The notes beneath the pieces were generated by a model. That model saw only the letters and a program-made list of their open reading frames with translations, was not told the DNA's origin and did not search any database. Shown here piece after piece: positions 8,401-18,691 of a DNA stretch of 53,054 nucleotides. The stretch comes from Myxococcota bacterium (GTDB taxonomy: Bacteria; Myxococcota_A; Polyangia; Polyangiales; Sandaracinaceae). A program made the translations under genes and the position numbers. The stretch covers positions 1 to 53,054 of the forward strand of contig JAYZQJ010000217.1 of assembly GCA_036149055.1 (NCBI GenBank). Reading direction: 5' to 3'. Numbering within the stretch: position 1 is the stretch's first letter; each line of letters begins with the position of its first letter.

Positions 8401-10053
8401 CTACGGGAGGCGTGCTTCGTTGCAGCCAGGCCGGAGGATCGAGCCCTGGCCCATCGGGCGGATCTCGACGCGGCGGTTCATGCGTCGCCCGACGCGGGTC
8501 TGGTTGTCTTCCACCGGGTACTGCTCGCCGCAGCCCGAGCCCGCGAGGCGGCTCGGATCGATGTCGTGGCGCTCGAGCCAGCGCATCACGCGCCGTGCGC
8601 GGTGGCGGCTGAGGATCTCGTTGTCCGGCTCGCTGCCGCGGAAGTCGGCGTGCCCCTCGACCACCACCGACGCGCCGGGGTTGTCGAGCAGGTACTGGCG
8701 GGCCTCGCGGAGCGCTCGCATCTGGCTCGGGCGGAGCCCGAAGCTGCCCTCCTCGAAGTAGATCCGGGTGCCCATCGGCGGCGGCTCGGGCTGGACCGGC
8801 TGCGTCGGCTCGACCGGCTCGGGCGCCGCGGGGTCCTCGCACACCGGACAGCCGGTGCACTCCGGGCGGGGCGCGAGCGCGATGCCGGGCTCGGTCGGGC
8901 AGCGGTCGGTCTCGTCGGGCGCGCCGTCGTCGTCGAAGTCCGCCTCGGGGCAGCCGTCCTCGTCCCCGAGCCCGTCGGCGTCCTCGGCGCGATCGGGGCA
9001 GGCGTCGTCGCCGTCGGGGATGCCGTCGCCGTCGTTGTCCGGGTCGGGGCAGCCGTCGTCGTCGGAGAAGCCGTCGGCGTCCTCGGGCTCGTCGGGGCAC
9101 TGATCGACGTCGTCGGTGAGCCCGTCCTCATCGCGGTCGCCGGCCGGCTGCTCGCCGGGGGTCGCGTAGCCGACGCTCAGGATCGCCCGGAAGTCGCCCG
9201 CGCCGTAGCCGCGTTGGAGCCCGGTGCCCGCCGCCGCGCCGAGGGTCAGCCCCTCGACCGGGTGGACCCGCAGGCCGAGCACGCCCTCGATGGGGGAGAG
9301 CTGGGCGTCGCCGAAGTCGAAGAGCGAGGTCGCGCCCCAGCTCTCGGCGGTCACGTCGAGGGTGCCCGGCACCACGCCGACCGCGACGCCGAGGCCCCAG
9401 GTCAGCTCGCTGCGCACCTCGAGGCCGTCCCCGAACTGCTGGCGCTCGCGGAGCAGCACGCCCGCGTTGCCGGTGAAGCGGAACACCTCGCCGGCGCGGA
9501 CCTCCACCAGCAGCTCCGGCTGGAAGGTCCAGCTGCCCTCGCCGGCGAAGCGGCTCTGGAAGCGCGCCGCGCGGGCGGTCGGCGCCGTCGCGGACGCCTG
9601 GAGGGAGATCGCCAGCGCGTCGTCCTCCTCGCCGAAGAGCCGGCCGCGGGCGCCGAAGCCGAGGTCGCCGAGGCTGGTCCCGTCGGCGCGCGGCTGCCCG
9701 TCGACGAGGGTGCCCTCCATCACGAGGTTGAGGGGCGCGTGCGCGAAGATCACGAGGCGATCGAAGAGCCCGAAGCTCACGCCGAGCTGAGCGGCGAGCA
9801 GGTGCTCCACGATGGCCGCCGACTCCGAGCCCGGGTCGCTGCCGCGCAGCTGGTAGACCAGCGGGTTCAGCGCGTAGTCCAGGTCGAGCCGGACCCCGAA
9901 CGAGAGGTGGCCGAGGTCGTTCGGCCGCGACAGCGCGAAGCCGTCCCGCGGCGTCTCGGCCATCCGGTACTGGTCCAGCCGGACGCTCTGCGCCTCCACA
10001 GGCGCCGCCATCAGCGCCACGAGCGCCAGCACGATCGAGCTCCCCGCCCTCAT
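8401..10053 (-). CDS. OmpA-family outer-membrane protein with thrombospondin type-3 repeats (TraB-like architecture)
   Basis: Signal peptide, beta-barrel-like N-terminus, DxDxDG..D..D.CP Ca-binding repeats, and C-terminal EGHAD...N..LS..RA...NRRVE. Confidence 0.88.
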   Translation of the reverse strand: MRAGSSIVLALVALMAAPVEAQSVRLDQYRMAETPRDGFALSRPNDLGHLSFGVRLDLDYALNPLVYQLRGSDPGSESAAIVEHLLAAQLGVSFGLFDRLVIFAHAPLNLVMEGTLVDGQPRADGTSLGDLGFGARGRLFGEEDDALAISLQASATAPTARAARFQSRFAGEGSWTFQPELLVEVRAGEVFRFTGNAGVLLRERQQFGDGLEVRSELTWGLGVAVGVVPGTLDVTAESWGATSLFDFGDAQLSPIEGVLGLRVHPVEGLTLGAAAGTGLQRGYGAGDFRAILSVGYATPGEQPAGDRDEDGLTDDVDQCPDEPEDADGFSDDDGCPDPDNDGDGIPDGDDACPDRAEDADGLGDEDGCPEADFDDDGAPDETDRCPTEPGIALAPRPECTGCPVCEDPAAPEPVEPTQPVQPEPPPMGTRIYFEEGSFGLRPSQMRALREARQYLLDNPGASVVVEGHADFRGSEPDNEILSRHRARRVMRWLERHDIDPSRLAGSGCGEQYPVEDNQTRVGRRMNRRVEIRPMGQGSILRPGCNEARLP

Positions 10054-10093
10054 CGGGCGCGAGTATGGATCAGAACGGCGCGGGGCGAGACCT

Positions 10094-10996
10094 TTACATC
10101 AAGACGCCGTAGTCGGTGGGCTGCAGCATCGGCGGCAGATCCTTCTCGCCGACCCGCTGACGCGCGTTCACCTCGATCATCCGGCTGATCGCGCTCAGCG
10201 GCAGGCCGTTGAAGAACATGGTGAACGGGTCCTCGAGCACGCGCCCCGCCTCGGCGATGAGGAAGAAGGCGATGCAGACGAGGAGGTTCACCGGGATGGT
10301 CCACCAGCCGAGCTCCTCGACGACGGCGAGCGGGAAGAGCACCGCGTAGAACTGCACGAGCCGGGTCGCGAGCAGGCCGTAGAGCGGCGGCATCGGCGTC
10401 TTCTTGATGCGCTCGCAGCCGCCCTGGATGTTGATGAGCTCGCGGAGCGTGTGGTCGAGCGTCTGGAGCCGGAAGTCGTCGAGGGCGCCTTCCTCGTTCA
10501 TCGCCACCAGCTCGTCGAGCTGCCGGGCCAGCAGCGCGTGGGTCAGGTTGCTCTCGTCCTTCAGCGCGTCGACGTCGTCGGCGTTCATGCCGGTGAAGTC
10601 GTCGTCGGCGAACGGGTCCTGGCCGCGGAGCAAGCAGCGGAGCGCGTGCACGTAGGCGACGTGGCGGCGCACCAGCCGGCGGCGCGTGTCCTCGTCCTTC
10701 ACGTAGCTCGCGATCTGCGAGGCCCAGTGCCGCGACTCGTTGATCATGCGGCCCCAGAGCTTCCGCCCCTCCCACCAGCGGTCGTAGGCGGCGTTGGTCC
10801 GGAAGCTGACGAAGATGCCGAGCGCCGCGCCCACGACCGCGAGCGGCAGCGTCGGCAGGTCGAGGTAGGTCTGGTCGTAGACGTGGTAGCCGGCGGCCAC
10901 CGCCGCGCCGATGGCCATGAACAGCAGCGACCAGCGCCACTGCCAGCCGAACACGATGCGGGTGAAGACGAAGGCGCGCCGGGTCGAGGTGAGCAC
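10094..10996 (-). CDS. Bestrophin-family ion channel (UPF0187/YneE-like)
   Basis: FRTNAAYDRWWEGRKLWG, GGCERIKKTP and LEDPF motifs. Confidence 0.92.
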   Translation of the reverse strand: MLTSTRRAFVFTRIVFGWQWRWSLLFMAIGAAVAAGYHVYDQTYLDLPTLPLAVVGAALGIFVSFRTNAAYDRWWEGRKLWGRMINESRHWASQIASYVKDEDTRRRLVRRHVAYVHALRCLLRGQDPFADDDFTGMNADDVDALKDESNLTHALLARQLDELVAMNEEGALDDFRLQTLDHTLRELINIQGGCERIKKTPMPPLYGLLATRLVQFYAVLFPLAVVEELGWWTIPVNLLVCIAFFLIAEAGRVLEDPFTMFFNGLPLSAISRMIEVNARQRVGEKDLPPMLQPTDYGVLM

Positions 10997-11022
10997 GGCC
11001 CGATGATACGCTCCCTCCCGCC

Positions 11023-11532
11023 TTGCCCGAAGCGCCGATCACCGAGCTGATCGCCCACGTCCCGCAGGTCGGGCGGCTCGACTGGATCGGGCGGCGCCCC
11101 GAGCGGGCGGCCCCGATGGAGCGCCTCGAGGCGGCCGCGCTGCTGACCGATCGCGGCCTCGAGGGCGACCGCGCGGCGAAGCGGAGCGGCGGCAAGCGCC
11201 AGGTGTCGCTGCTCCAGGCCGAGCACCTCGAGGTGCTCGCGCGGCTGCTCCGGAAGACCTCCGTCGATCCGGCGCTGCTGCGCCGCAACCTGATCGTCTC
11301 GGGGGTGCCGCTGCGGGCGCTCGCCCGGGCTCGGTTCCGGGTCGGTCCGTGCTTGCTCGAGGGCGCCGGCGAGTGCCACCCGTGCTCGAAGATGGAGGCG
11401 GCCCTGGGCGACGGTGGCTACGCGGCGATGCGCGGCCACGGAGGCATCCTCGCGCGGGTGCTCGAGGGCGGCCCGATCCGGATCGGAGACCGCGTCCACA
11501 TCGAGGGTTTCGAGGGAGCGCAGGGGTCCTAA
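11023..11532 (+). CDS. MOSC-domain protein
   Basis: GLEGDR, RQVSL, LRRNL.VSG, CHPCSKM and GGILARVLEGG.IRIGD motifs. Start (TTG) uncertain. Confidence 0.88.
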   Translation: MPEAPITELIAHVPQVGRLDWIGRRPERAAPMERLEAAALLTDRGLEGDRAAKRSGGKRQVSLLQAEHLEVLARLLRKTSVDPALLRRNLIVSGVPLRALARARFRVGPCLLEGAGECHPCSKMEAALGDGGYAAMRGHGGILARVLEGGPIRIGDRVHIEGFEGAQGS

Positions 11533-11637
11533 ACGGGGTGAGACGGGCCGCGGGTCCGTGGTATTCGTAGGCCGCCGAGGGACGGGGAAGCATGAAGTGG
11601 TGCGGCGCTTCGCCCGTCGAAACGGCGTGGAGGACGC

Positions 11638-12804
11638 ATGTTCCGCAACACCAGTTTGATCATCGCTTCGCTCTCCCTGGTCGTCATGTCCGCCGCGTGC
11701 GGACCCGCCGCGCGTGGCCGCGGATCGGCCCGCGGGGGAGGCGGAGGAGGCGCCAGCGGCGGCGGCGCCTACACCGCGCAGTGCCGCGGTGACTTCGGCG
11801 CGAGCGCCGCCGCCAACGAGTTCGAGACCTTCATGAGCGCGACCTGGGAGTTCCACGAGGCCGCCGTCGAGACGCAGGAGACCCTGCTGAACGCCTGCAA
11901 GGACATGGGCCGCGCGCTCGAGATGCCGGCCTCGGACCTCCAGGGCTCCGGCCCCGAGGGCACCCGCGCGGTCTGCACCCGCGTGTCCGAGGCGCTCCGC
12001 ACCGAGTGGGAGGCCATCGGCGCCGACACCAGCTACACGGTCGAGGTCCGCACCACCCCGCCGCGCTGCGAGGCGCGCTTCTCCGCCTACGCCGACTGCG
12101 CCGCGCGCTGCGACGTCAACGTCACGCCGGGCGAGCTCGAGATGCGCTGTGAGGGCGGCGAGATCCGCGGCCAGTGCAGCGGGAGCTGCGAGGGGCGCTG
12201 CGCGGTCGACGTCAGCGCGCAGTGCAGCGGCACCTGCGAGGGCATCTGCGAGGGTCAGTGCAGCCAGCGCGGCCCGGGCGGCGAGTGCGCCGGGCGCTGC
12301 GAGGGCACCTGCCGCGGCGAGTGCGTGACCGACGCGAGCGCCTCCTGCCAGGGTGAGTGCCGCGGGTCCTGCTCGGTCGAGTGGCAGGAGCCCTACTGCA
12401 CCGGTCACTACGACCCGCCGCAGGTCAACGCGGACTGCCGCGCCGCCTGCGAGGCCTCGATCGAGGCGCAGATGGAGTGCCGCCCGGGTCAGGCCGAGGT
12501 GGTGGTCGACGGCGGCCCGGGCGCCGACGCCCAGGCGCGGGTGGCCAAGGTCCGCGCCGCGGTGCGCGCCGGCCTCGCGAGCGTGCAGCTCGTGCACGAG
12601 CGGGTCGAGCGCATGCAGCGCAGCGGCCGCGTGATCGTCGACAGCATGCAGAACCTGCCGGAGGCGATCCGCACCGTCGGCGTCAGCGCGGCGGCCTGCA
12701 GCGCGGGCGCGCTCTCCGACCTCCAGCAGTCGCTCGCCAGCGTGTCGATGAGCGTCGAGGTCAGCGTCAGCGTCAGCGCGTCGGTCAACGCCAGCGCGGG
12801 CTGA
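11638..12804 (+). CDS. Cys-rich lipoprotein with CxGxC repeats
   Basis: GGAGG RBS, lipobox VMSAAC, central tandem CSGSCEGRC/CSGTCEGICEGQC/CAGRCEGTCRGEC/CQGECRGSC, and a C-terminal VSVSVSAS. Confidence 0.85.
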   Translation: MFRNTSLIIASLSLVVMSAACGPAARGRGSARGGGGGGASGGGAYTAQCRGDFGASAAANEFETFMSATWEFHEAAVETQETLLNACKDMGRALEMPASDLQGSGPEGTRAVCTRVSEALRTEWEAIGADTSYTVEVRTTPPRCEARFSAYADCAARCDVNVTPGELEMRCEGGEIRGQCSGSCEGRCAVDVSAQCSGTCEGICEGQCSQRGPGGECAGRCEGTCRGECVTDASASCQGECRGSCSVEWQEPYCTGHYDPPQVNADCRAACEASIEAQMECRPGQAEVVVDGGPGADAQARVAKVRAAVRAGLASVQLVHERVERMQRSGRVIVDSMQNLPEAIRTVGVSAAACSAGALSDLQQSLASVSMSVEVSVSVSASVNASAG

Positions 12805-12824
12805 CGGGACGACTACGCTCGCGG

Positions 12825-12854
12825 ACGGGACGGGGGCTCGCGCCTCCGTCCCGT
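12825..12854. terminator. Hairpin between convergent genes (possible bidirectional terminator)
   Basis: ACGGGACGGGGGC-TCGC-GCCTCCGTCCCGT: 13-bp stem with one G-U pair, followed by a pyrimidine-rich tail. Confidence 0.6.
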
Positions 12855-12874
12855 TCTGCGTTCTCTCGTTCCGG

Positions 12875-13177
12875 TCACTCGGCCATGACGCCGGCCGCGA
12901 TCAGCACCGCGGCGATGCCGCCGTAGATCACGACGAGGAAGGCCACGACCAGGCAGGTCATCGCGATGTGGCTGTAGCCGAGGATCATGCCGACGATGGC
13001 CAGCTCGTCGCCCTTCTCGCCCGTCTGCCGGATCTGGGTGCGGGCGAGGTGGCCGCACACGATGGCGGCGAGAGAGGCGACCCAGGGCAACGCGAACCAC
13101 CCCAGCGCCCCAGAGACGACGGCCGCGATGGCGAGGGCGTTGGTCTGGGGCGGGGCGTTCGGAGGCTGCGGGTGCAC
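12875..13177 (-). CDS. DUF4190-domain membrane protein
   Basis: TNALAIAAVVSG...AIVCGHLAR.QI..TGE.G..LAIVGMILGY signature. Confidence 0.85.
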   Translation of the reverse strand: MHPQPPNAPPQTNALAIAAVVSGALGWFALPWVASLAAIVCGHLARTQIRQTGEKGDELAIVGMILGYSHIAMTCLVVAFLVVIYGGIAAVLIAAGVMAE

Positions 13178-13191
13178 CTCGACTGTCTACC

Positions 13192-13596
13192 TCAGTTGAG
13201 ACGTCCCCGCACGATCACGTGGGGGCTGGGGGCGCGCGGCGACGGCTGACGCTCGATGGTGATCAACACCTCGACGTCGCGGAGCGGCGTGGTCGCGGCG
13301 AGCCGGCCCGTGCGGCTGCCCTCGTCGTAGGCGAGCCGGCCGGCGAAGGTGGTGCCGTGGCTGCCGGTCCGGAACCACACGCCGTAATACTGGTGGCCGG
13401 ACTCGAGCCGCTGGGGCGGCGCGAGGTGCTGCAGCTCCACCCGGATCATGCGGTTCTCGCCCTCCGCGTCCTGGATGTAGACGCGTCCGTCGACCCCGGG
13501 CATGCGGGGCGTGCCGCGGATGGTGATCGCGCTCGTGCCGCACGCGCTCAGGGCGAGCGAAGCCAGGAGAGCCAGGGCCCAGAGTCGAAGGCGCAT
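13192..13596 (-). CDS. Hypothetical lipoprotein
   Basis: Lipobox LALSAC. HLAPP...Y.VW...GRL motif typical of small myxobacterial lipoproteins. Confidence 0.7.
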   Translation of the reverse strand: MRLRLWALALLASLALSACGTSAITIRGTPRMPGVDGRVYIQDAEGENRMIRVELQHLAPPQRLESGHQYYGVWFRTGSHGTTFAGRLAYDEGSRTGRLAATTPLRDVEVLITIERQPSPRAPSPHVIVRGRLN

Positions 13597-13615
13597 GCGC
13601 CCCCAGGTACGCACG

Positions 13616-14497
13616 TCACTGGACGGTGTCCAGCCTGACCCGGGCCACCTCGACCGCCCCACCGTCGGCCCGCCCGCCGTAGGCCACCGCGTCGTCGATC
13701 GCGCCGCGGTCGCGAGAGGCCGGCGCCTCGCGGCCCCAGCTCCCGTCCGTCACCTCCGCCTCGAGCAGCGCGCCGCCGTCCCGGTAGAGCGCGAACACCC
13801 GCGCCCCCGAGACGACCAGCTCGGCCTCGTCGAGCTGCCCCGGCCGCGTGACCCAGAAGGGGTGCTCGGTCGCGGTGAGCGAGCCCGGGTCGACGTGCAC
13901 GCCGCAGAAGCGCGTCCCGTCGGGGCGCCCTCCGGCGGCGTAGTAGAGCAGGAAGTAGTAGCGGCCCTGCGCCGGGAGCCAGGCGACGTCGGCGATCGGC
14001 CAGGTCGCGCTCGAGGCGCGCGCCTCCCCCGCCCGGCCCTCGGCCGAGACCTCCACCACGTGCGTGGTGTACATGCTGGCCGGCTGCGACACCGACGCCT
14101 CCTGCCAGACGAGCGCGAAGCCGTCGTCCCCGCGAGCCGCGACCGCGATCCCGACCGGCGCCCGACCGCGCGCCTCGGGCCGGCGGATGGTCACCGCGCG
14201 AGGCGCCCCGAGCCGCCCCGCCTCGACGGGCACGAGCACCGCCGAGAGCCCGGCGGTCCCGCCGAGCAGCCCGACGAGCACCCCACGCGCCGACGCGTCC
14301 GACCACGCCTGCGCCTCGCGCCCCTCGTAGACCGTCACCCGCTGCGATCCCGCGCGCACCGACACCCGGACCTCCCCGCGGGGCCGAGCCTCCGTCACCA
14401 CCTCCACCCGCGTCTCCCCCGCGAAGCGGACCTCCCCATACGCCTGCGCCTCCGCCCCCACGGGCAGGAGCCACAGCCCCAGCACGAGCCATCGCAT
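13616..14497 (-). CDS. Hypothetical secreted protein
   Basis: Signal peptide MRWLVLGLWLLPVGAEAQ, beta-rich composition, co-oriented within the prs gene run. Confidence 0.65.
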   Translation of the reverse strand: MRWLVLGLWLLPVGAEAQAYGEVRFAGETRVEVVTEARPRGEVRVSVRAGSQRVTVYEGREAQAWSDASARGVLVGLLGGTAGLSAVLVPVEAGRLGAPRAVTIRRPEARGRAPVGIAVAARGDDGFALVWQEASVSQPASMYTTHVVEVSAEGRAGEARASSATWPIADVAWLPAQGRYYFLLYYAAGGRPDGTRFCGVHVDPGSLTATEHPFWVTRPGQLDEAELVVSGARVFALYRDGGALLEAEVTDGSWGREAPASRDRGAIDDAVAYGGRADGGAVEVARVRLDTVQ

Positions 14498-14539
14498 ACC
14501 CCCACGTGCCCACGACGGCCCAATCCGTGACCGACTTGC

Positions 14540-14941
14540 TCAGAGATCGAGCTCGAAGTGGAACCGCGCTCCCTGGGCGAGCGCTCCCTCGAGCGTCTCG
14601 CGCAGCGCGCCGAGCGCCGCCCGCACTTCGGGCTCCGCGAACCGATCGAGCTTGGAGAGCGGCGCCTGCTCGAGCGCCCGCACCGTCTCGAGCGCGAGCC
14701 GCGGGTCGAACCAGCTCGGCTCGGCCTCCTCCTGGAGGTCGGCGAGCTCGTCCGGGTCCCCGTCGAAGTCCGCGGGCAGGTCGAGCTCGGCATACGCGTC
14801 GAAGCACTCCAGCGGAGTCACGCCGAGCGCCTCCGTCGCGACCCCGAGCGCCCGATGCTCCGCGAGGAGGACCTTCCCCTCGTCCAGCAGCGCGGGCCGG
14901 GGCGAGCCGTGATCGAGCCTCACCTGAAGCGCGGCGCTCAT
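14540..14941 (-). CDS. Hypothetical acidic protein
   Basis: 133-aa ORF starting 4 nt after the prs stop, with coding-like composition. Confidence 0.65.
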   Translation of the reverse strand: MSAALQVRLDHGSPRPALLDEGKVLLAEHRALGVATEALGVTPLECFDAYAELDLPADFDGDPDELADLQEEAEPSWFDPRLALETVRALEQAPLSKLDRFAEPEVRAALGALRETLEGALAQGARFHFELDL

Positions 14942-14945
14942 GGGA

Positions 14946-15851
14946 TCAGAAGTGGGTGTGGAAGATGGGCGCCACGGACTCGACGCGGAGGAACGGGCTC
15001 TCGAGCTGACGCGCGCGCGGGTGGGAGTCGGTGACGACCACGTACTCGAAGAGGCCCGAGGACTCGATGCGCTCGAGCGCGCCCTCCGGGAGGAGCGCGT
15101 GGGTGGCGATCGCGATCATGCGCTCGGCGCCGGCGTCCCGGTAGGCCTGCGCCGCGTTCACGAGCGAGCCGCCGGTCCGGATCATGTCGTCGTAGATCAC
15201 CACCGCGCGGCCCTCGACCCGCGCGCTCGCCGCCATGACCTCGGTCTCGCTCCCGCTGAGGCGGCGCTTGAACACGAAAGCCGCGGTCACCCCGAGGTCG
15301 TTCGCCAGCGACTCCACCCACTTCGCGCGGCCCGCGTCGGTGCAGGCCATCACGAAGTCCTCGCCGCCGAAGGTCCGCGCGGCGCGCTTGATGACGTCCT
15401 TCGCGTAGAGATGCGCGGCCGTGATCTCCCCCTCGAAGTAGTGGGGGATGCCCTCGCTGTGGAGATCGAGGAGGAGGAGCCGGTTGCCGTAGCTGGCCGG
15501 CGGGATCGAGGACAGCAGGCGAGCGCGGATCTTGGCGGTCACGATCTCGCCCGGCCGCGTCGCGCGCTCCATCGTCGAGTAGCCGAAGTACGGCACCACC
15601 AGGGTGAGCTTGCGGGCGCCGCCGGTGACCAGCCCGCACGCGAGGTCATAGAGCTCCAGGGTCGCGGCGTCGTCGGTCGTGCCGCCGAAGAGCACCACCT
15701 CGCGCTCCTCCACGTCCTCCGCGATCCGGAACATGCGCTCGCCGTCCGGGAAGTCGGTGCGCTGGATGGTGCCGCGCACGCGGCCCTCGCCGAGGAGCGC
15801 GTCCCGCAGCGGGGCGTAGGCGTCGGTGCTGAACAGCAACAGCTCGCTCAT
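14946..15851 (-). CDS. prs: Ribose-phosphate pyrophosphokinase
   Basis: [32 protein letters not shown] and ATH motifs. Confidence 0.93.
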   Translation of the reverse strand: MSELLLFSTDAYAPLRDALLGEGRVRGTIQRTDFPDGERMFRIAEDVEEREVVLFGGTTDDAATLELYDLACGLVTGGARKLTLVVPYFGYSTMERATRPGEIVTAKIRARLLSSIPPASYGNRLLLLDLHSEGIPHYFEGEITAAHLYAKDVIKRAARTFGGEDFVMACTDAGRAKWVESLANDLGVTAAFVFKRRLSGSETEVMAASARVEGRAVVIYDDMIRTGGSLVNAAQAYRDAGAERMIAIATHALLPEGALERIESSGLFEYVVVTDSHPRARQLESPFLRVESVAPIFHTHF

Positions 15852-16067
15852 GCGCGGGAGCGTAGCCCAGAAGGCAGCCTACGGCGTGCGGCGCGCCGAC
15901 CTTCCCTCGCCCTCGAGGTGAAGATTTTCTCGGAACCCGTCGCGGCGGCCGCTGTCAGTGCGTGCGTACCGAGCAGCGCGAAGCGCCATCACCCGGGAGC
16001 GGGGAGAGCGCGCGCCCTGCCGAGCCAACGTCGCGGCCGCCGCGCCGCCAGGGAGGAGTCCGTCGTC

Positions 16068-17579
16068 ATGAGCCAGAAGCTGCCCAACCCCTTCGCCGTC
16101 CCGGTATCGACGCCCGCGCCCGACGCCCCCGAGCGCTGGGGCATCGAGGCGAGCGCGCCGCCGGTGGATCCGTCCGAGGTCGAGTCCACCGAGAGCGCGG
16201 TCGAGGTCGTCGTGATGTGGGGAGACGAAGACGTCTTGCACGTCGAGCACGTCAGCCCGCCTCGCGACGTCCTGCTGGGTGAGAGCCTCTCGCTCGCCGA
16301 CGACACGCTCGGGCGGCTCCCGGTGGTGGTCGAGCGCGACGGCCTGCTCTGCTGCGTCCTGCCCGAGGGGGCGACCGGCACCGTCACCGTGGCCGACGCC
16401 ACCCGCTCCTTCGACACCCTCGCGAGCGAGGGCAAGCTGCAGCCCTACGACGGGTTCCCGGGCGCGCGCCTCTTCCCGATGCCCGACGGCGCGGCGGCGC
16501 GGGTCTCCCACGCCGGCTTCACCTTCGTCGTGCGGCCGACTCAGGCCGGCAAGGTGGTCAGCGGCGCGGGCGCCGTGCCCTGGAAGCGCTACGGCTGGAT
16601 CGCCGCTTCGCTCGCCGTGCACGCGTTCGTGCTGACGATGTTCTACTTCATGCCGCCGAGCACCCAGGCCCTCAGCTTCGACAACAGCGAGGCCCTGAGC
16701 CGCATGGTCGAGTACATGGACCCGGGCCGCGAGCAGATCGAGGAGGTCCCCGAGTTCCTGCAGCCCGAGGAGCCGAGCGACGCGCCGGCGGGCGGCGAAG
16801 GAGAGCGGCACGCCGAGGACGAGGGCGCGATGGGTCGCGAGGACTCGCCGGACACCAACAACCGCTACGCGGTGCAGGGCCGGCCCGACGACCCGAACCC
16901 GGAGATGGCGCGCGAGAACGTGCGTGAGAACATCGCGCAGCTCTCGGCGATCGGCACCGTGGCCGCCTTCATGGGTAGCTTCGACGCGCCGACCTCGCCC
17001 TACGGCGCCGACCGGGCCCACGGCGTCGACGCCTTCAACGCGATGGGCGCGCTGATGGGCGCCCAGGCGGGCAACGACTTCGGCTTCGGCGGCCTCGGCA
17101 TGGGCGGCACCGGTCGCGGCGGCGGCGGCAACGGCCTCGGCACCATCGGCCTCGACCGCCTCGGCACCCTGGGTCACGGCGGCGGCGGCGGGCCCGGCCA
17201 GGGTTACGGCAGCGGGGTCGGCCTCGGCAACCGTGAGCGCCCCTCCCGCGTGCCGCGCATCACGCACGTGAACACCAGCGTCATCGGCGCCCTGAGCGCG
17301 GAGGCCATCCGGCGCGTCGTGCGCCGCCACCTCCCGGAGATCCGCCACTGCTACGAGCAGGGCCTGACCGGGAACCCGAGCCTCGAGGGGCGGGTCACCG
17401 TCAGCTGGCTCGTCTCGCCCACTGGCGCGGTCCAGAGCACGAACGTCACGGGCAGCACCCTCGGCAACCAGCGCGTCGAGTCCTGCATCTCCCAGGCGGT
17501 CCGACGCTGGACCTTCCCCCAGCCCGAGGGCGGTGGCACGGTCGGCGTGAACTACCCGTTCGTGCTCCAGACGCATTGA
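16068..17579 (+). CDS. AgmX/PglI C-terminal (TonB-like) domain protein
   Basis: GGAGG RBS, cytoplasmic N-domain, a single TM (SLAVHAF), a Gly-rich linker, and IRRVV...IRHCYE.GL..NP.LEGRV.V...FPQP.GG..V.V.YPF C-terminus. Confidence 0.88.
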   Translation: MSQKLPNPFAVPVSTPAPDAPERWGIEASAPPVDPSEVESTESAVEVVVMWGDEDVLHVEHVSPPRDVLLGESLSLADDTLGRLPVVVERDGLLCCVLPEGATGTVTVADATRSFDTLASEGKLQPYDGFPGARLFPMPDGAAARVSHAGFTFVVRPTQAGKVVSGAGAVPWKRYGWIAASLAVHAFVLTMFYFMPPSTQALSFDNSEALSRMVEYMDPGREQIEEVPEFLQPEEPSDAPAGGEGERHAEDEGAMGREDSPDTNNRYAVQGRPDDPNPEMARENVRENIAQLSAIGTVAAFMGSFDAPTSPYGADRAHGVDAFNAMGALMGAQAGNDFGFGGLGMGGTGRGGGGNGLGTIGLDRLGTLGHGGGGGPGQGYGSGVGLGNRERPSRVPRITHVNTSVIGALSAEAIRRVVRRHLPEIRHCYEQGLTGNPSLEGRVTVSWLVSPTGAVQSTNVTGSTLGNQRVESCISQAVRRWTFPQPEGGGTVGVNYPFVLQTH

Positions 17580-17669
17580 GCCATCTCCGATGGCGGGCGC
17601 GCCGGCCGGGTCTTCGTGGCCCGGTCGGCGCGCGTGCGTCTGGGGCCCTCCCCGGGCATGATCCGCGCG

Positions 17670-18638
17670 ATGTTCGAGACGCAGTCCTCCGAGCTCTTCG
17701 CGACCACCGGTGACGGATGGCGCATCCAGATGACCCGAAGCCTGGATCCGGCGCGCCTGGATCGGGCGCGGCGGCCGGTGCTGGTGGTGCCGGGCTACGG
17801 GATGAACGGCTCGATCTTCGTCTCCCACCCGGGCGGCACCGCGATGGTCTCGTACCTCGCCGCGCAGGGGCTCGAGGTGTGGACGCTGAACCTGCGGGGA
17901 CAGGGCGCCACCGCGCCGGTGAGCGGGGACGCGCCTCCGCCTTCGCTCCGGAGCTACGCCGAGCAGGATCTCCGCGCCGCGATCGAGACGGTGCTCGCGC
18001 GGACCGAGTCGACGCAGGCGCAGGTCGACGTGCTCGGGTGCAGCCTGGGCGGCTCGATCACCTACGCGCTGATGGCGCTCGAGCCGGAGCTGCCGATCGG
18101 GCGGTTCGTGGCGATGGCCTCGCCGCTGCGCTGGGAGAGCGTGCCGCTGCTGCTGCGGCTGCCGTTCCGGTCACGCCGGCTGGCGGGGCTCGTGCCGGTC
18201 CGGGGGACGCGGCGGCTGGCCGGGCTGGCGATGCCGGTGGCGAAGCGCGCGCCCTTCGTGGTGTCTCTCTACCTCAACACCGCGAACATCGACCTGGAGC
18301 ACGCGGCGGCGATGATCGAGCAGACGGTCGAGGATCCGCACCCGCGGGTGAACGCGGACATCGCCCGTTGGATGCGCGCGCGCGACATGGTGCTGCGCGG
18401 GGTGAACGTGACCGAGCGGCTGCGGCAGCGACGGGAGCCCCTGTTCGTGGTGACCGCCAACCGAGACGGCATCGTGCCGAGCGCGGCGTCGCAGGCGGCG
18501 CTCTCCGCGTGGGGCGGCCCGGTGGAGGCGCTCGAGGTGGGCGACGCGACGGGGTGGTACGCGCACGCCGATCTGTTCGTGGGGCGCGAGGCGCCGGCGC
18601 GGGTGTTCGCGCCGATCGCGCGCTTCCTCGCCCGCTGA
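17670..18638 (+). CDS. Alpha/beta hydrolase (PhaC-like/lipase-like)
   Basis: PVLVVPG, LRG.G, GCSLGG nucleophile elbow, DGIVP and HADLF. Start may be 17658. Confidence 0.85.
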   Translation: MFETQSSELFATTGDGWRIQMTRSLDPARLDRARRPVLVVPGYGMNGSIFVSHPGGTAMVSYLAAQGLEVWTLNLRGQGATAPVSGDAPPPSLRSYAEQDLRAAIETVLARTESTQAQVDVLGCSLGGSITYALMALEPELPIGRFVAMASPLRWESVPLLLRLPFRSRRLAGLVPVRGTRRLAGLAMPVAKRAPFVVSLYLNTANIDLEHAAAMIEQTVEDPHPRVNADIARWMRARDMVLRGVNVTERLRQRREPLFVVTANRDGIVPSAASQAALSAWGGPVEALEVGDATGWYAHADLFVGREAPARVFAPIARFLAR

Positions 18639-18691
18639 GCAGAGCTCGCGGACAGCCTACGTAGGCCATCGACCTACGTGAGTTCACAAGT

